Positions 34,997 to 44,211 of a stretch of DNA of 64,000 nt are shown one piece after another (within the stretch, counting starts at the first letter, position 1; each line of letters starts with the position of its first letter). A program made the position numbers and the translations under genes. A model generated the notes under the pieces. The model saw only the letters and a program-made list of their open reading frames with translations, did not search any database and had not been told where the DNA came from. This DNA is from an uncultured Chloroflexia bacterium. GTDB taxonomy: Bacteria; Chloroflexota; Anaerolineae; Anaerolineales; UBA4823. The stretch spans positions 397,854 to 461,853 of the forward strand of contig CAWBUW010000012.1 of the NCBI GenBank assembly GCA_963792075.1, written 5' to 3'.

Positions 34997-35746
34997 ATGC
35001 ACCTCTTGGCCCTCACCTGCGAAGCCCTCGCCCGCCCGGCTTATCACTTTGCGGCTCATTCACCACATATCGTGGATATCGAGCTGGTACCGCGCAACTT
35101 GCACCAGCCAGTGGATATCCGCACCCGCCTGCAGCAGCATATTGACGCACACACAGGGGAAAAGCTGGATGCCATCTTGCTGGCCTATGGCCTGTGCGGG
35201 CTGGCAACTGCGGGGCTGGCAGCTCACGATATCCCCCTGGTCATCCCCCGCGCCCACGACTGCATCACGCTTTTCCTTGGCAGCCGGGAAACCTATTTGC
35301 AGGAAAACAAAAAAGAGCCGGGTACCTACTGGTATTCGCAGGATTACCTGGAACGCAACGCCGGGCACAGCGCATCGCTGACCATGGGTGCCAGCACAGG
35401 GGAAGATGCCCAGGCCATGTATCAGAAATACGTTGAAAAATATGGCCAGGCTAAAGCTGACCGCTTAATGAAGGTGATGGACGACTGGATGATGAACTAC
35501 AAACGCGCCGTGTACCTGGATACCGGGCTGGGCGGCGATGGGAGCGTGGAAGCGGAAGCCCGCCAGGTAGCCGAAGCACACCATTGGGCTTTCGAGCGCA
35601 TCCCGGCTAATTTGACCTTGATCCAGCGCCTGTTCGAAGGCGATTGGGGAGAAGATTTTCTGGTCGTGCCGCCAGGGCATGAAATCGCGGTCACTTATGA
35701 CGAGGAGATCATCTCCGCACGTCCGCCCGCGCTCCCGGAAGACTAG
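34997..35746 (+). CDS. DUF1638-like protein
   Basis: 249 aa from the ATG at 34997. The pattern DAILLAYGLCG...VIPRAHDCITLFLGS matches my recollection of DUF1638. The upstream part of the ORF-track ORF is a perfect hairpin and is probably non-coding. Confidence 0.65.
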   Translation: MHLLALTCEALARPAYHFAAHSPHIVDIELVPRNLHQPVDIRTRLQQHIDAHTGEKLDAILLAYGLCGLATAGLAAHDIPLVIPRAHDCITLFLGSRETYLQENKKEPGTYWYSQDYLERNAGHSASLTMGASTGEDAQAMYQKYVEKYGQAKADRLMKVMDDWMMNYKRAVYLDTGLGGDGSVEAEARQVAEAHHWAFERIPANLTLIQRLFEGDWGEDFLVVPPGHEIAVTYDEEIISARPPALPED

Positions 35747-35749
35747 GGG

Positions 35750-35860
35750 TTGTCCAAAAAGACGAAAACAAGGAGAAAATACACGTACCTGTGGGGGTGG
35801 CGAAAAGTGCCACCCCCACAGGTACGTATTAATTTTCTTCCTTTGTTTCTTTTTGGACAG
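35750..35860. terminator. Nested ~110-nt palindrome between convergent genes (probable bidirectional terminator)
   Basis: The inner 19-bp stem pairs 35783-35801 with 35809-35827 (ACGTACCTGTGGGGGTGGC / GCCACCCCCACAGGTACGT). It is flanked by an A-rich arm (TTGTCCAAAAAGACGAAAACAAGGAGAAAA) and a T-rich arm (TTTTCTTCCTTTGTTTCTTTTTGGACAG) that are imperfectly complementary to each other. Confidence 0.65.
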
Positions 35861-35865
35861 CCTGT

Positions 35866-36840
35866 CTACTTATACACTTCCGGATTCACGCAATTGGGCA
35901 GGCGCTCGCCTTTCAATGCCGCGATCAGGTTCTCGGCCGCCATGCGCGCCATCTTGCTGCGCGTGGTGAAGCTGGCAGAGGCAATGTGTGGGGCGATCAC
36001 CAGGTTGTCCAGCTCGAGTAGCGGGCTGTTCAAGGGCAGAGGTTCCGGGTCGGTTACGTCCAACGCGGCGGCAAAGATCCACTGTTCGCGGAGCGCAGTA
36101 TAGAGCGCCTCATGGTCCACCACCGCACCGCGCGAAGTATTGACCAGCACCGCGGTAGGTTTCATGAGCGCCAGCGTGGCGGCATTGATCAGGTGACGCG
36201 TCTCCGCAGTCAGCGGTACGTGCAGCGAAACAAAATCCGCCTGGCGCAGCAGCGTCTCTAAATCCACCGGGAGAGCTGCCAGGACCGGGTCGGGGGTCGC
36301 TGCGGGGTCCGTATAAATGACGCGCAGGCCAAAGCCGGCGGCGCGTTTAGCCATTGCCTGCCCGATGCGCCCAAATCCAACCAGGCCCAGGGTCGCTCCG
36401 ATGAAATCCGCGCCGAGCAACAACGAAGGCCCCCAGGTGTGCCACTTCCCATCCCGCACATATTGATCTCCCTCCACCACCCGCCGGGCAGCCGCCATCA
36501 GCAGGGCGAAGGCAAAATCGGCGGTAGCATCGGTAAGAATGCCGGGTGTATTGCCCACCGGCAGGCCGCGCTGCGTAGCCGCAGGGATATCGATGTTATC
36601 GTAACCCACCGCGTGATTGCTGATCACTTTCAAATTCGGCCCGGCAGCATCCATCACCTCCCCGTCCACGCGGTCTGTGAGCAAGCAGAGCAGGCCATCC
36701 ACGTCACGGATATGCGCCAGGAGCTCCTGGCGCGTGGGAGGCAGATCGCCAGGCCAGATATCGGCAGTGCAGAAATCCTGCACCAGCTTCAGCCCCTGAT
36801 CTGGGATGCGCCGAGTGACGAAAACTTTGGGTTTGGACAT
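35866..36840 (-). CDS. D-isomer-specific 2-hydroxyacid dehydrogenase (glyoxylate/hydroxypyruvate reductase-like)
   Basis: 324 aa. NAD motif [11 protein letters not shown] and the catalytic Arg/Glu/His region (NTSRG...APHIASAS). Confidence 0.85.
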   Translation of the reverse strand: MSKPKVFVTRRIPDQGLKLVQDFCTADIWPGDLPPTRQELLAHIRDVDGLLCLLTDRVDGEVMDAAGPNLKVISNHAVGYDNIDIPAATQRGLPVGNTPGILTDATADFAFALLMAAARRVVEGDQYVRDGKWHTWGPSLLLGADFIGATLGLVGFGRIGQAMAKRAAGFGLRVIYTDPAATPDPVLAALPVDLETLLRQADFVSLHVPLTAETRHLINAATLALMKPTAVLVNTSRGAVVDHEALYTALREQWIFAAALDVTDPEPLPLNSPLLELDNLVIAPHIASASFTTRSKMARMAAENLIAALKGERLPNCVNPEVYK

Positions 36841-36844
36841 ACGA

Positions 36845-37825
36845 TCACTCCAATTGTTTGATCCAGGCCTGGGTGCTGGAGATCAGTTGTTCACGCAGCG
36901 GGTAGCCGTTGAACTTCGCTTTCTCCATACCCAGCAACACGCCGCCGATCACAGGGGGGGCATTCAGACGGACCAGGTGGGCACCTGGTGCCTCTTGCTG
37001 GATCGTCTGGCGCAGCGGATCGATGTACAACGGGCCGCCCTCGAAAATGCTGCCTACCATGACGACATCAAATGTCTCCGCTTGCAGCTTGAGCTGGCGG
37101 ATCACGCCAATCGCCGAGTTGCCCAACTCGCGCGCAATCCAGGCAATCACTTCCTGCGCGACCGCATCACCCGCAGAGGCGGTTTGAAAAACGGTACGCG
37201 CCCAGCCTGCACCTGGATGGTACCGTTCGAGCACAATCCCTTCGATCAGGCTGTTGGCATCTGCCGCGCCAGTCAGAGTCACGAATGCCTGGGTGAGCGC
37301 GGTCTGCGGTCCGCGCGACGACCAGGCGTGGCAGACCTCCTGCACGGCGCGGAAGACCATTTCCCCGCCGCCGCCAAACTCACCACAGGTAATGCCATTG
37401 CCGGTCACGCGCCCCTCCCGCCCCTGGCGGTCACGGCCGCGCACGTTGTTCCCTGTTCCGGCGATCAGCACCACGCCCCAGCCCTCAGCCGCGCCGGCAG
37501 TGAGGCCGATCACCGAATCATTGACTACTTCGATCGGACAGCCCAGCCCCAGTACGCTAATCGCTTCCAACGTATCCGGCAGCTCTGAGGGCCAATCGTA
37601 GCCCGCCACGCCAAAACCGGCGCCTTCCAACTGCTGCGCAGTCAACCCGGCAAATTCCAGCGCCTGGCTAACGCACTCGTGCAGCGCTCGTTTCAAGCCA
37701 CGATACCCTACTACTTCATGGTTGCCCGGGCCGGTTTGCCCGAAACCCACTACCTGGCCGTTCTCAGCCGCGATCAAGGCATGTGTCTTGGTGCCACCGA
37801 CGTCGACTCCCAGGAAATAACGCAT
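36845..37825 (-). CDS. BadF/BadG/BcrA/BcrD-type ATPase (N-acetylglucosamine-kinase-like sugar kinase)
   Basis: ATG at 37825 gives [19 protein letters not shown] (ASKHA phosphate-1 motif). 326 aa. Confidence 0.75.
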   Translation of the reverse strand: MRYFLGVDVGGTKTHALIAAENGQVVGFGQTGPGNHEVVGYRGLKRALHECVSQALEFAGLTAQQLEGAGFGVAGYDWPSELPDTLEAISVLGLGCPIEVVNDSVIGLTAGAAEGWGVVLIAGTGNNVRGRDRQGREGRVTGNGITCGEFGGGGEMVFRAVQEVCHAWSSRGPQTALTQAFVTLTGAADANSLIEGIVLERYHPGAGWARTVFQTASAGDAVAQEVIAWIARELGNSAIGVIRQLKLQAETFDVVMVGSIFEGGPLYIDPLRQTIQQEAPGAHLVRLNAPPVIGGVLLGMEKAKFNGYPLREQLISSTQAWIKQLE

Positions 37826-37847
37826 GCGCACTCCTATGCATCCTTTT

Positions 37848-37888
37848 GTATTGTTTGTTGGGCGGCTACGCCGCCCAACAAACAATAC
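37848..37888. other. 18-bp perfect hairpin between the GH4 gene and the BadF-type kinase gene
   Basis: GTATTGTTTGTTGGGCGG-CTACG-CCGCCCAACAAACAATAC. No U-tract in the direction of transcription. Confidence 0.65.
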
Positions 37889-37911
37889 AAATTAATTTTT
37901 CGGGTAGATTC

Positions 37912-39210
37912 TTAGCTATGGAAGAACTTGGGCAGGTAAGGCCGGTTCGTCTCCAAAAGGTCATCCAATACCTGCTGGGCTTTATCTGCTTTTGGCCCCA
38001 AAGGGTTCGCCAGCAACGCCTGGTAGGCGGCTTTGCGGTCGCCATGCACTGCGGCTTCCACAGTCAAGAGCTCATACATTTTTATCTGCGCCACCAGGCC
38101 GAAACAGGCCGGCGGCAGCGGCTCGGCAGGCAGAGGATGCACACCGCGGCGGTCTACCCGAGCCGGGATCTCGATGACCCAATCTTCTGGCCAACTGGCA
38201 ACCGCGCCGCTGTTGCGCACGTTGACCACGTGCACCTGGCCCAGGTCATTGTGATGCGAGTTGATCAACTGCGTGGCCAAAGTGGAATAGTATGCCCCGC
38301 CGCGCTTCATCAAGTCGGCGGGCGGCTCGACCAGGTTTGGATCGGCATATTCACGCAGCAGATCTTTTTCGATTTCCATGACCTCGTCCGCGCGTGAAGG
38401 CGGCCATTTTTCCTGCGCTTTCAACTTCTTATCAGTATAGTAAAAATACTGCAGGTAATAGTTAGGCAGCATGCCTAAAGTTTCGAGCAGCGGTACATCC
38501 CAATCAGGATGCGGGTCTGTGCGCGCTTCTTCTACAATAGACTGGAAAATACGCGGCCACATTTCTTCACCATCTACCGTGAACCCGCGGTGCCAGGTCA
38601 GGTGGTTCAGTCCCAGCGTGTTCAGCGCGGCGCGATCGGGGTCTATCTTCACACCCAGGCCCGCTTCTAAACGTTTGAGCATGCTCATTTTGGTGGTAAT
38701 GCCCACGTTGCACACCCCCACCGATGTGACGCCGGGAGCATAGCGGTTCAGCGCCTCGGTCACCAGGCCGGCCGGGTTGGTGAAGTTCGCCAACAGCGCA
38801 CCCGGCGCTGTCTCGCGGATATCTTTGGCAATCCCCAGGACCACGGGGATCGTACGCAGCGCTTTGGCCATGCCGCCGATGCCGGTCGTTTCCTGCCCGA
38901 TCAACCCATGCCGCAGGCCCAGGTACTCATCCGCACGCCGGGCAGGCATCATCCCGACGCGCAACTGCGTGGTCACGTAAGATGCACCGCGGATCGCTTC
39001 GCGCTGGTCTGTGCTCAGGGTCACCTTAAACGGTTCCCCCCTGGCACGCACCATGCGCTGGGCAAACCCGCCGACAACCTCCAGGCGTTGAGGATCGATA
39101 TCCATGAGCCACAGCTCGGTGAGCGGCAGCGTTTCGACGCGAGCCAGGAAACCATTGACCAATTCAGGGGTGTAGGTCGAGCCTCCACCAATCACAGCTA
39201 TTTTCATCAT
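37912..39210 (-). CDS. Glycoside hydrolase family 4 (6-phospho-beta-glucosidase-like)
   Basis: N-terminal MKIAVIGGGSTYTPELV NAD-binding fold and the GH4 Cys region VGVCNVG. Tandem ATGs at 39210/39207 follow AGAGGTGG. Confidence 0.85.
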   Translation of the reverse strand: MMKIAVIGGGSTYTPELVNGFLARVETLPLTELWLMDIDPQRLEVVGGFAQRMVRARGEPFKVTLSTDQREAIRGASYVTTQLRVGMMPARRADEYLGLRHGLIGQETTGIGGMAKALRTIPVVLGIAKDIRETAPGALLANFTNPAGLVTEALNRYAPGVTSVGVCNVGITTKMSMLKRLEAGLGVKIDPDRAALNTLGLNHLTWHRGFTVDGEEMWPRIFQSIVEEARTDPHPDWDVPLLETLGMLPNYYLQYFYYTDKKLKAQEKWPPSRADEVMEIEKDLLREYADPNLVEPPADLMKRGGAYYSTLATQLINSHHNDLGQVHVVNVRNSGAVASWPEDWVIEIPARVDRRGVHPLPAEPLPPACFGLVAQIKMYELLTVEAAVHGDRKAAYQALLANPLGPKADKAQQVLDDLLETNRPYLPKFFHS

Positions 39211-39248
39211 TCCACCTCTTATCATCCAATCAAAAGGTCTCGCACCCT

Positions 39249-40640
39249 TTATTTGAATTGCGGTAAATAGGGCCGGTACGCAGCCAGGTAATCATCCAAA
39301 ATACAACGGGCAGTGTCCAGGTCACGGACCACCGGGTCGAGCAGCAGCGCTTGCAGCGCAAGCTGGTAGTCACCCTTCACTGCAGCATCGACACACAGTT
39401 GAGAGACCGTAATCTCGCGCCGACACAGTTCGGCAATACCCTCTGGCAGCTCACCCACCGGGACAGGATGCAACCCCGCCCCGTCCACCAGCACAGGGGT
39501 CTCCACGGCTGCGCCTAGGGGCAGGTTTCCGATCTGCCCGCGGTTAGGCAAGATGGCAGCCGGGTGCAGGTGCTGGCCTGCCGCGGCAATCGTTTCGACT
39601 ATTTCCAAAGCGCCCTCCGAGTCGGTTTCGCGCAGAGCATCCACCGGCATGTCCCCCGCAGCCATTTGTTCCAAGCGGGCCAGGCTGAAATCACGCAGAT
39701 TATCAAACAAATCCCAATCGTACAGGCGCAGGTTGTATTTTTCCCAGGGCGTTGTCAGTGGATCAGAGACCCAGGGCAGATACTCGCACAGGTGAGTGTC
39801 GCCAGGCACCGGGAAGAGCCCAAAAGCAGCATAGATTTGGCGGGTCAGCGGCTCAAAATGCGGGTCGAAGGCCTGCCAGCGCTGGCGGAAAAGCGGGTAA
39901 AGGTCTTCTCCGGTCTGCCGGTCGTGCAGGGAGAGCATCCAGGAAAAGTGATTTATACCGGCGGCGCGCAAGTCCAGGCGGGCCAATGCCTGCCTGACCA
40001 CCTGCTCGCGCAGCGGGTGTTCGAGGATATCCGAGTGCATGCCGGTGATCCCTGGCGGGATGGTAAAGCCCAGGTCCGGGCCAAGCACCAACCCCGCAAA
40101 GCAGTAACCTATCAAAATTTGGTGGCACAGGCCCACAGCGCGGATACGGCTGTGGCGGTTCACGGCATCGCAGATGCGCGTCATCGGGTTGGTATAGTTA
40201 ATGAACCATGCCTGCGGGCAGATCCGTTCCATGTCCCGTACAATTTCCATCACCGGGACCAGGTTGCGCGCCGCGTGGGCAAAACCACCTGGGCCACCAT
40301 TCTCAGCATAAGGTTGGCGCGCTTTGTACTTGAGCGGGATTTCGAAGTCCTGCCGCCACAGCGCTTCGCGCGCGCCTACCTCAATGGCGGAGACCACAAA
40401 CTGCGCCCCTTCCAAAGCCTCCGCGTGGTTCTGGTGCGCGCTGAGCACCATCTGGCAGTCCCATTCGCGGTTCAGGCGCTCCGCCAGCCGGCTGACAATC
40501 GCTAACGCTTCCGGGTTGCGGTCCACCAACGCCAAATGCGACCCACGCAGCCGCTCTGACCGCAGCAGCGCCGAAAGCGTGTTTTCGCCAAACGAGGCGC
40601 TGCCTGCACCGATGACGACAATTTTTACCGGCAGGCTCAT
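39249..40640 (-). CDS. Glycoside hydrolase family 4 (alpha-glucosidase/alpha-galactosidase-like)
   Basis: 463 aa. N-terminal VKIVVIGAGSASFG and GH4 Cys region VGLCHQ. Confidence 0.8.
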   Translation of the reverse strand: MSLPVKIVVIGAGSASFGENTLSALLRSERLRGSHLALVDRNPEALAIVSRLAERLNREWDCQMVLSAHQNHAEALEGAQFVVSAIEVGAREALWRQDFEIPLKYKARQPYAENGGPGGFAHAARNLVPVMEIVRDMERICPQAWFINYTNPMTRICDAVNRHSRIRAVGLCHQILIGYCFAGLVLGPDLGFTIPPGITGMHSDILEHPLREQVVRQALARLDLRAAGINHFSWMLSLHDRQTGEDLYPLFRQRWQAFDPHFEPLTRQIYAAFGLFPVPGDTHLCEYLPWVSDPLTTPWEKYNLRLYDWDLFDNLRDFSLARLEQMAAGDMPVDALRETDSEGALEIVETIAAAGQHLHPAAILPNRGQIGNLPLGAAVETPVLVDGAGLHPVPVGELPEGIAELCRREITVSQLCVDAAVKGDYQLALQALLLDPVVRDLDTARCILDDYLAAYRPYLPQFK

Positions 40641-40641
40641 T

Positions 40642-41997
<1,356 letters not shown>

Positions 41998-43020
41998 CTA
42001 TTTTACCTGACAACCACAGGATTGGCGGATCACCAGCTCCGTTGGCAGCAGCACCAAGGGCTCTACCGCGATTGATCCATCCCGGATCACCTGCAGCAGC
42101 AGGCGCACCGCTTCTCGCCCTACCTGTTCGATCGGGGCATGTACCGTTGTCAGTGCAGGCGTGAGGAAGGCCGCCAGGGGTAGATCATCATAACCGACTA
42201 CCGCCACATCTGAGGGAACCCGCTTGCCCATCTCATGCAGCGCGGCCAGCACACCCACGGCGGACTCATCGTCGCCGCTAAAAACCGCATCGAAGGCCAC
42301 ACCCTGGCGCAGGATGTCCCGGATCGCACAGGCCGCATCGTCGCGACTAAAATTCCCCTGGGCTACCAGCGCCGGGTCAAAAGGCAGGTGATGCTGGTGA
42401 AGTGCAGCCCGGTAGCCGCGCTCGCGCCAGGCCGAGTCTTCGTGCTGGTCTGGGCCGCGCAGAAAGACAATCCGCCGCCGGTGGTGATCCTGGATCAGGT
42501 GTTCTACCAGCCTCCGTGCACCTTCCTTGTTTTCCACCGTTACCAGTGGGACATTCACACCCTCAGGCGGCGTCTGGTGCATCAGCACTAACGGAAAGCC
42601 TGCGGCAGCATAACGGTGAAGCTCGGATTCGGCCAGGCTGCCGGTAAAAACGATCAGGCCATCGGTGTTATGTTTGTCCAGCGTATGGCGACTCGCGCTC
42701 CCAGGTTGTGGCTGTGTCGTGTGGATCAAGAGGTCATAGCCAGCATGGCGTGCCGCCTGTTCAATGCCGCGCAGCATGGGCAGGAAAAATTCACCGCTGA
42801 TCTCTGGCAGCAGCAGCCCGAGCGTGCTGGTCTTATGCCCCGCCAGGACACGGGCCGCGGTGTGGGGAACATAGTTCAATTCATGGATCACGGCACGCAC
42901 GCGTGCGGCAGTCTCCGGGAGCACCACGGGAGAATCGTTCAATACCCGGCTGACGGTAGCAATGGAAACACCGGCCTGGCGGGCGACATCAGCAATTGTG
43001 GGGGAGGAAATCGGGTCCAT
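41998..43020 (-). CDS. LacI family transcriptional regulator
   Basis: ATG at 43020 gives MDPISSPTIADVARQAGVSIATVSRVLN (LacI HTH), followed by a periplasmic-binding-like sugar domain. 340 aa. Confidence 0.85.
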   Translation of the reverse strand: MDPISSPTIADVARQAGVSIATVSRVLNDSPVVLPETAARVRAVIHELNYVPHTAARVLAGHKTSTLGLLLPEISGEFFLPMLRGIEQAARHAGYDLLIHTTQPQPGSASRHTLDKHNTDGLIVFTGSLAESELHRYAAAGFPLVLMHQTPPEGVNVPLVTVENKEGARRLVEHLIQDHHRRRIVFLRGPDQHEDSAWRERGYRAALHQHHLPFDPALVAQGNFSRDDAACAIRDILRQGVAFDAVFSGDDESAVGVLAALHEMGKRVPSDVAVVGYDDLPLAAFLTPALTTVHAPIEQVGREAVRLLLQVIRDGSIAVEPLVLLPTELVIRQSCGCQVK

Positions 43021-43048
43021 ACTTAGATGAAAGCGCTTACATCTAAGT
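43021..43048 (-). promoter_or_regulatory. LacI/cre-type palindromic operator abutting the LacI start codon
   Basis: ACTTAGATGAAAGCGCTTACATCTAAGT has 9-bp perfect outer arms. Its core TGAAAGCGCTTACA (43028-43041) matches the LacI-family consensus TGnAAnCGnTTnCA. Confidence 0.7.
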
Positions 43049-43146
43049 ATACCGGTTTTCTGGAGGCGAGTCAAGCGAAGTATTGAGGAGGAAGTGGGGA
43101 TAAGTATGCCGCGCTTTGCGCGGCACACTTATCCCCCAGACCGAGA

Positions 43147-44208
43147 TCAAGATTTGCCGGTAAAATACCCGGCCAGGCGCTGCCACCCCTGGCGCATTTG
43201 GGCGCGCAAGGAGGACGACTTCAACCTCCAGGTGCCTACGATACCATAGGGTAGGAAAAGCACAATCGCAATATAGATCGCACCGGAGATAAAACTGGCG
43301 CTCTCACCAAGCAGGCGGCGCAAGCCGAAATCCAGCAAACGATAGACCGCCGCCCCCACCAAAGCTCCGTGAAGTGTACCCACGCCGCCAATCAAGATAA
43401 TGAGCAGAGCCGTTACTGTGAAGCCAAGTCCTGCCACGTTCGGGCTGACGATGGGCTGGTAGATGGTGTGCAGCCAGCCCGCCAGAGCGGCTGTCATCGA
43501 AGAGAGCAGCAGGGCGGCCATTTTGAAGTAAAAGGTATTATATCCCAGCATGAGCGCCCGTCCTTCATTCTCCCGAATGGCGGTGCATACGCGGCCTGTA
43601 GGTGAATCGACAAAAAGTCTATAGAGAAGATAAACCAGGATGAGGATCGTTAACGTGATCAGATACAGCCGCAATCGCTCTGTGGCCGGGCTGATGAATT
43701 CGGGGATGATCACTCCTTGCAGCCCCACGTCAGCGCCGGTATAATCGCCAACTTCGCGTGACATAATGATGATGTGAAATACGCTGGCCATGCCCAACGT
43801 CACCAGCGCAAAGGTGATGCCTTTGACGCGCGGCAGCACACTGCCAAACAGCAGAGCCTGCAGCACAGCCAGGAACATGACCAGGCCTAAAGTCTGCCAC
43901 ACATTGAAGCCCAAAAACTTGAGCGCGATACCGCTCCCGTAAGCGCCTACTGCAAAGAACATGCTGTGTCCGAAGGAAAGCAGGCCGGTGAAACCGAAGA
44001 TCAGATCATAACTCAGGGCGTACAGCGCCAGGATGAAAATTTCAATCCCCAGGCCTTGCACAAACTTGGAAGTCCCGCTTGCGTTCACCCAGACACCGGC
44101 CGGGGACACGCCATCCAAAAGCCCGACCAGGAAGGGGAGCAGGAGGAGGCCTGCCAGGGAGAGCAGGGCGGCCATGTTTTTTTGGAAGAAGGAGCTTGTC
44201 TTTTGCAT
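43147..44208 (-). CDS. Liv-type ABC transporter permease (LivM-like)
   Basis: 353-aa polytopic ORF with the LivM-like pattern. Confidence 0.85.
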   Translation of the reverse strand: MQKTSSFFQKNMAALLSLAGLLLLPFLVGLLDGVSPAGVWVNASGTSKFVQGLGIEIFILALYALSYDLIFGFTGLLSFGHSMFFAVGAYGSGIALKFLGFNVWQTLGLVMFLAVLQALLFGSVLPRVKGITFALVTLGMASVFHIIIMSREVGDYTGADVGLQGVIIPEFISPATERLRLYLITLTILILVYLLYRLFVDSPTGRVCTAIRENEGRALMLGYNTFYFKMAALLLSSMTAALAGWLHTIYQPIVSPNVAGLGFTVTALLIILIGGVGTLHGALVGAAVYRLLDFGLRRLLGESASFISGAIYIAIVLFLPYGIVGTWRLKSSSLRAQMRQGWQRLAGYFTGKS

Positions 44209-44211
44209 GAT

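Noticed and set aside
33585-34997. 470-aa ORF on the minus strand covering almost all of MttB paralog 2, plus the 185-aa and 127-aa ORFs nested there.
   Set aside because: It is an antisense shadow ORF typical of high-GC3 coding DNA. Its Arg/Gly/Ala/His-rich sequence is low-complexity with no recognisable motifs, whereas the plus-strand gene has a clear family pattern and an RBS.
16912-35746. Functional coupling of the GRE with the corrinoid/MttB cluster. For example, demethylation of a hydroxyproline-betaine-like compound followed by GRE dehydration, or a CutC-like TMA release feeding MttB.
   Set aside because: The idea is attractive, but the two loci are about 11 kb apart. They are separated by oppositely oriented and housekeeping-type genes (CarD, RRM protein), and the MttB genes are non-Pyl types that are not expected to use TMA. 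Nothing in the sequence supports a link; the idea stays only as a speculative thought to test by co-occurrence analysis.
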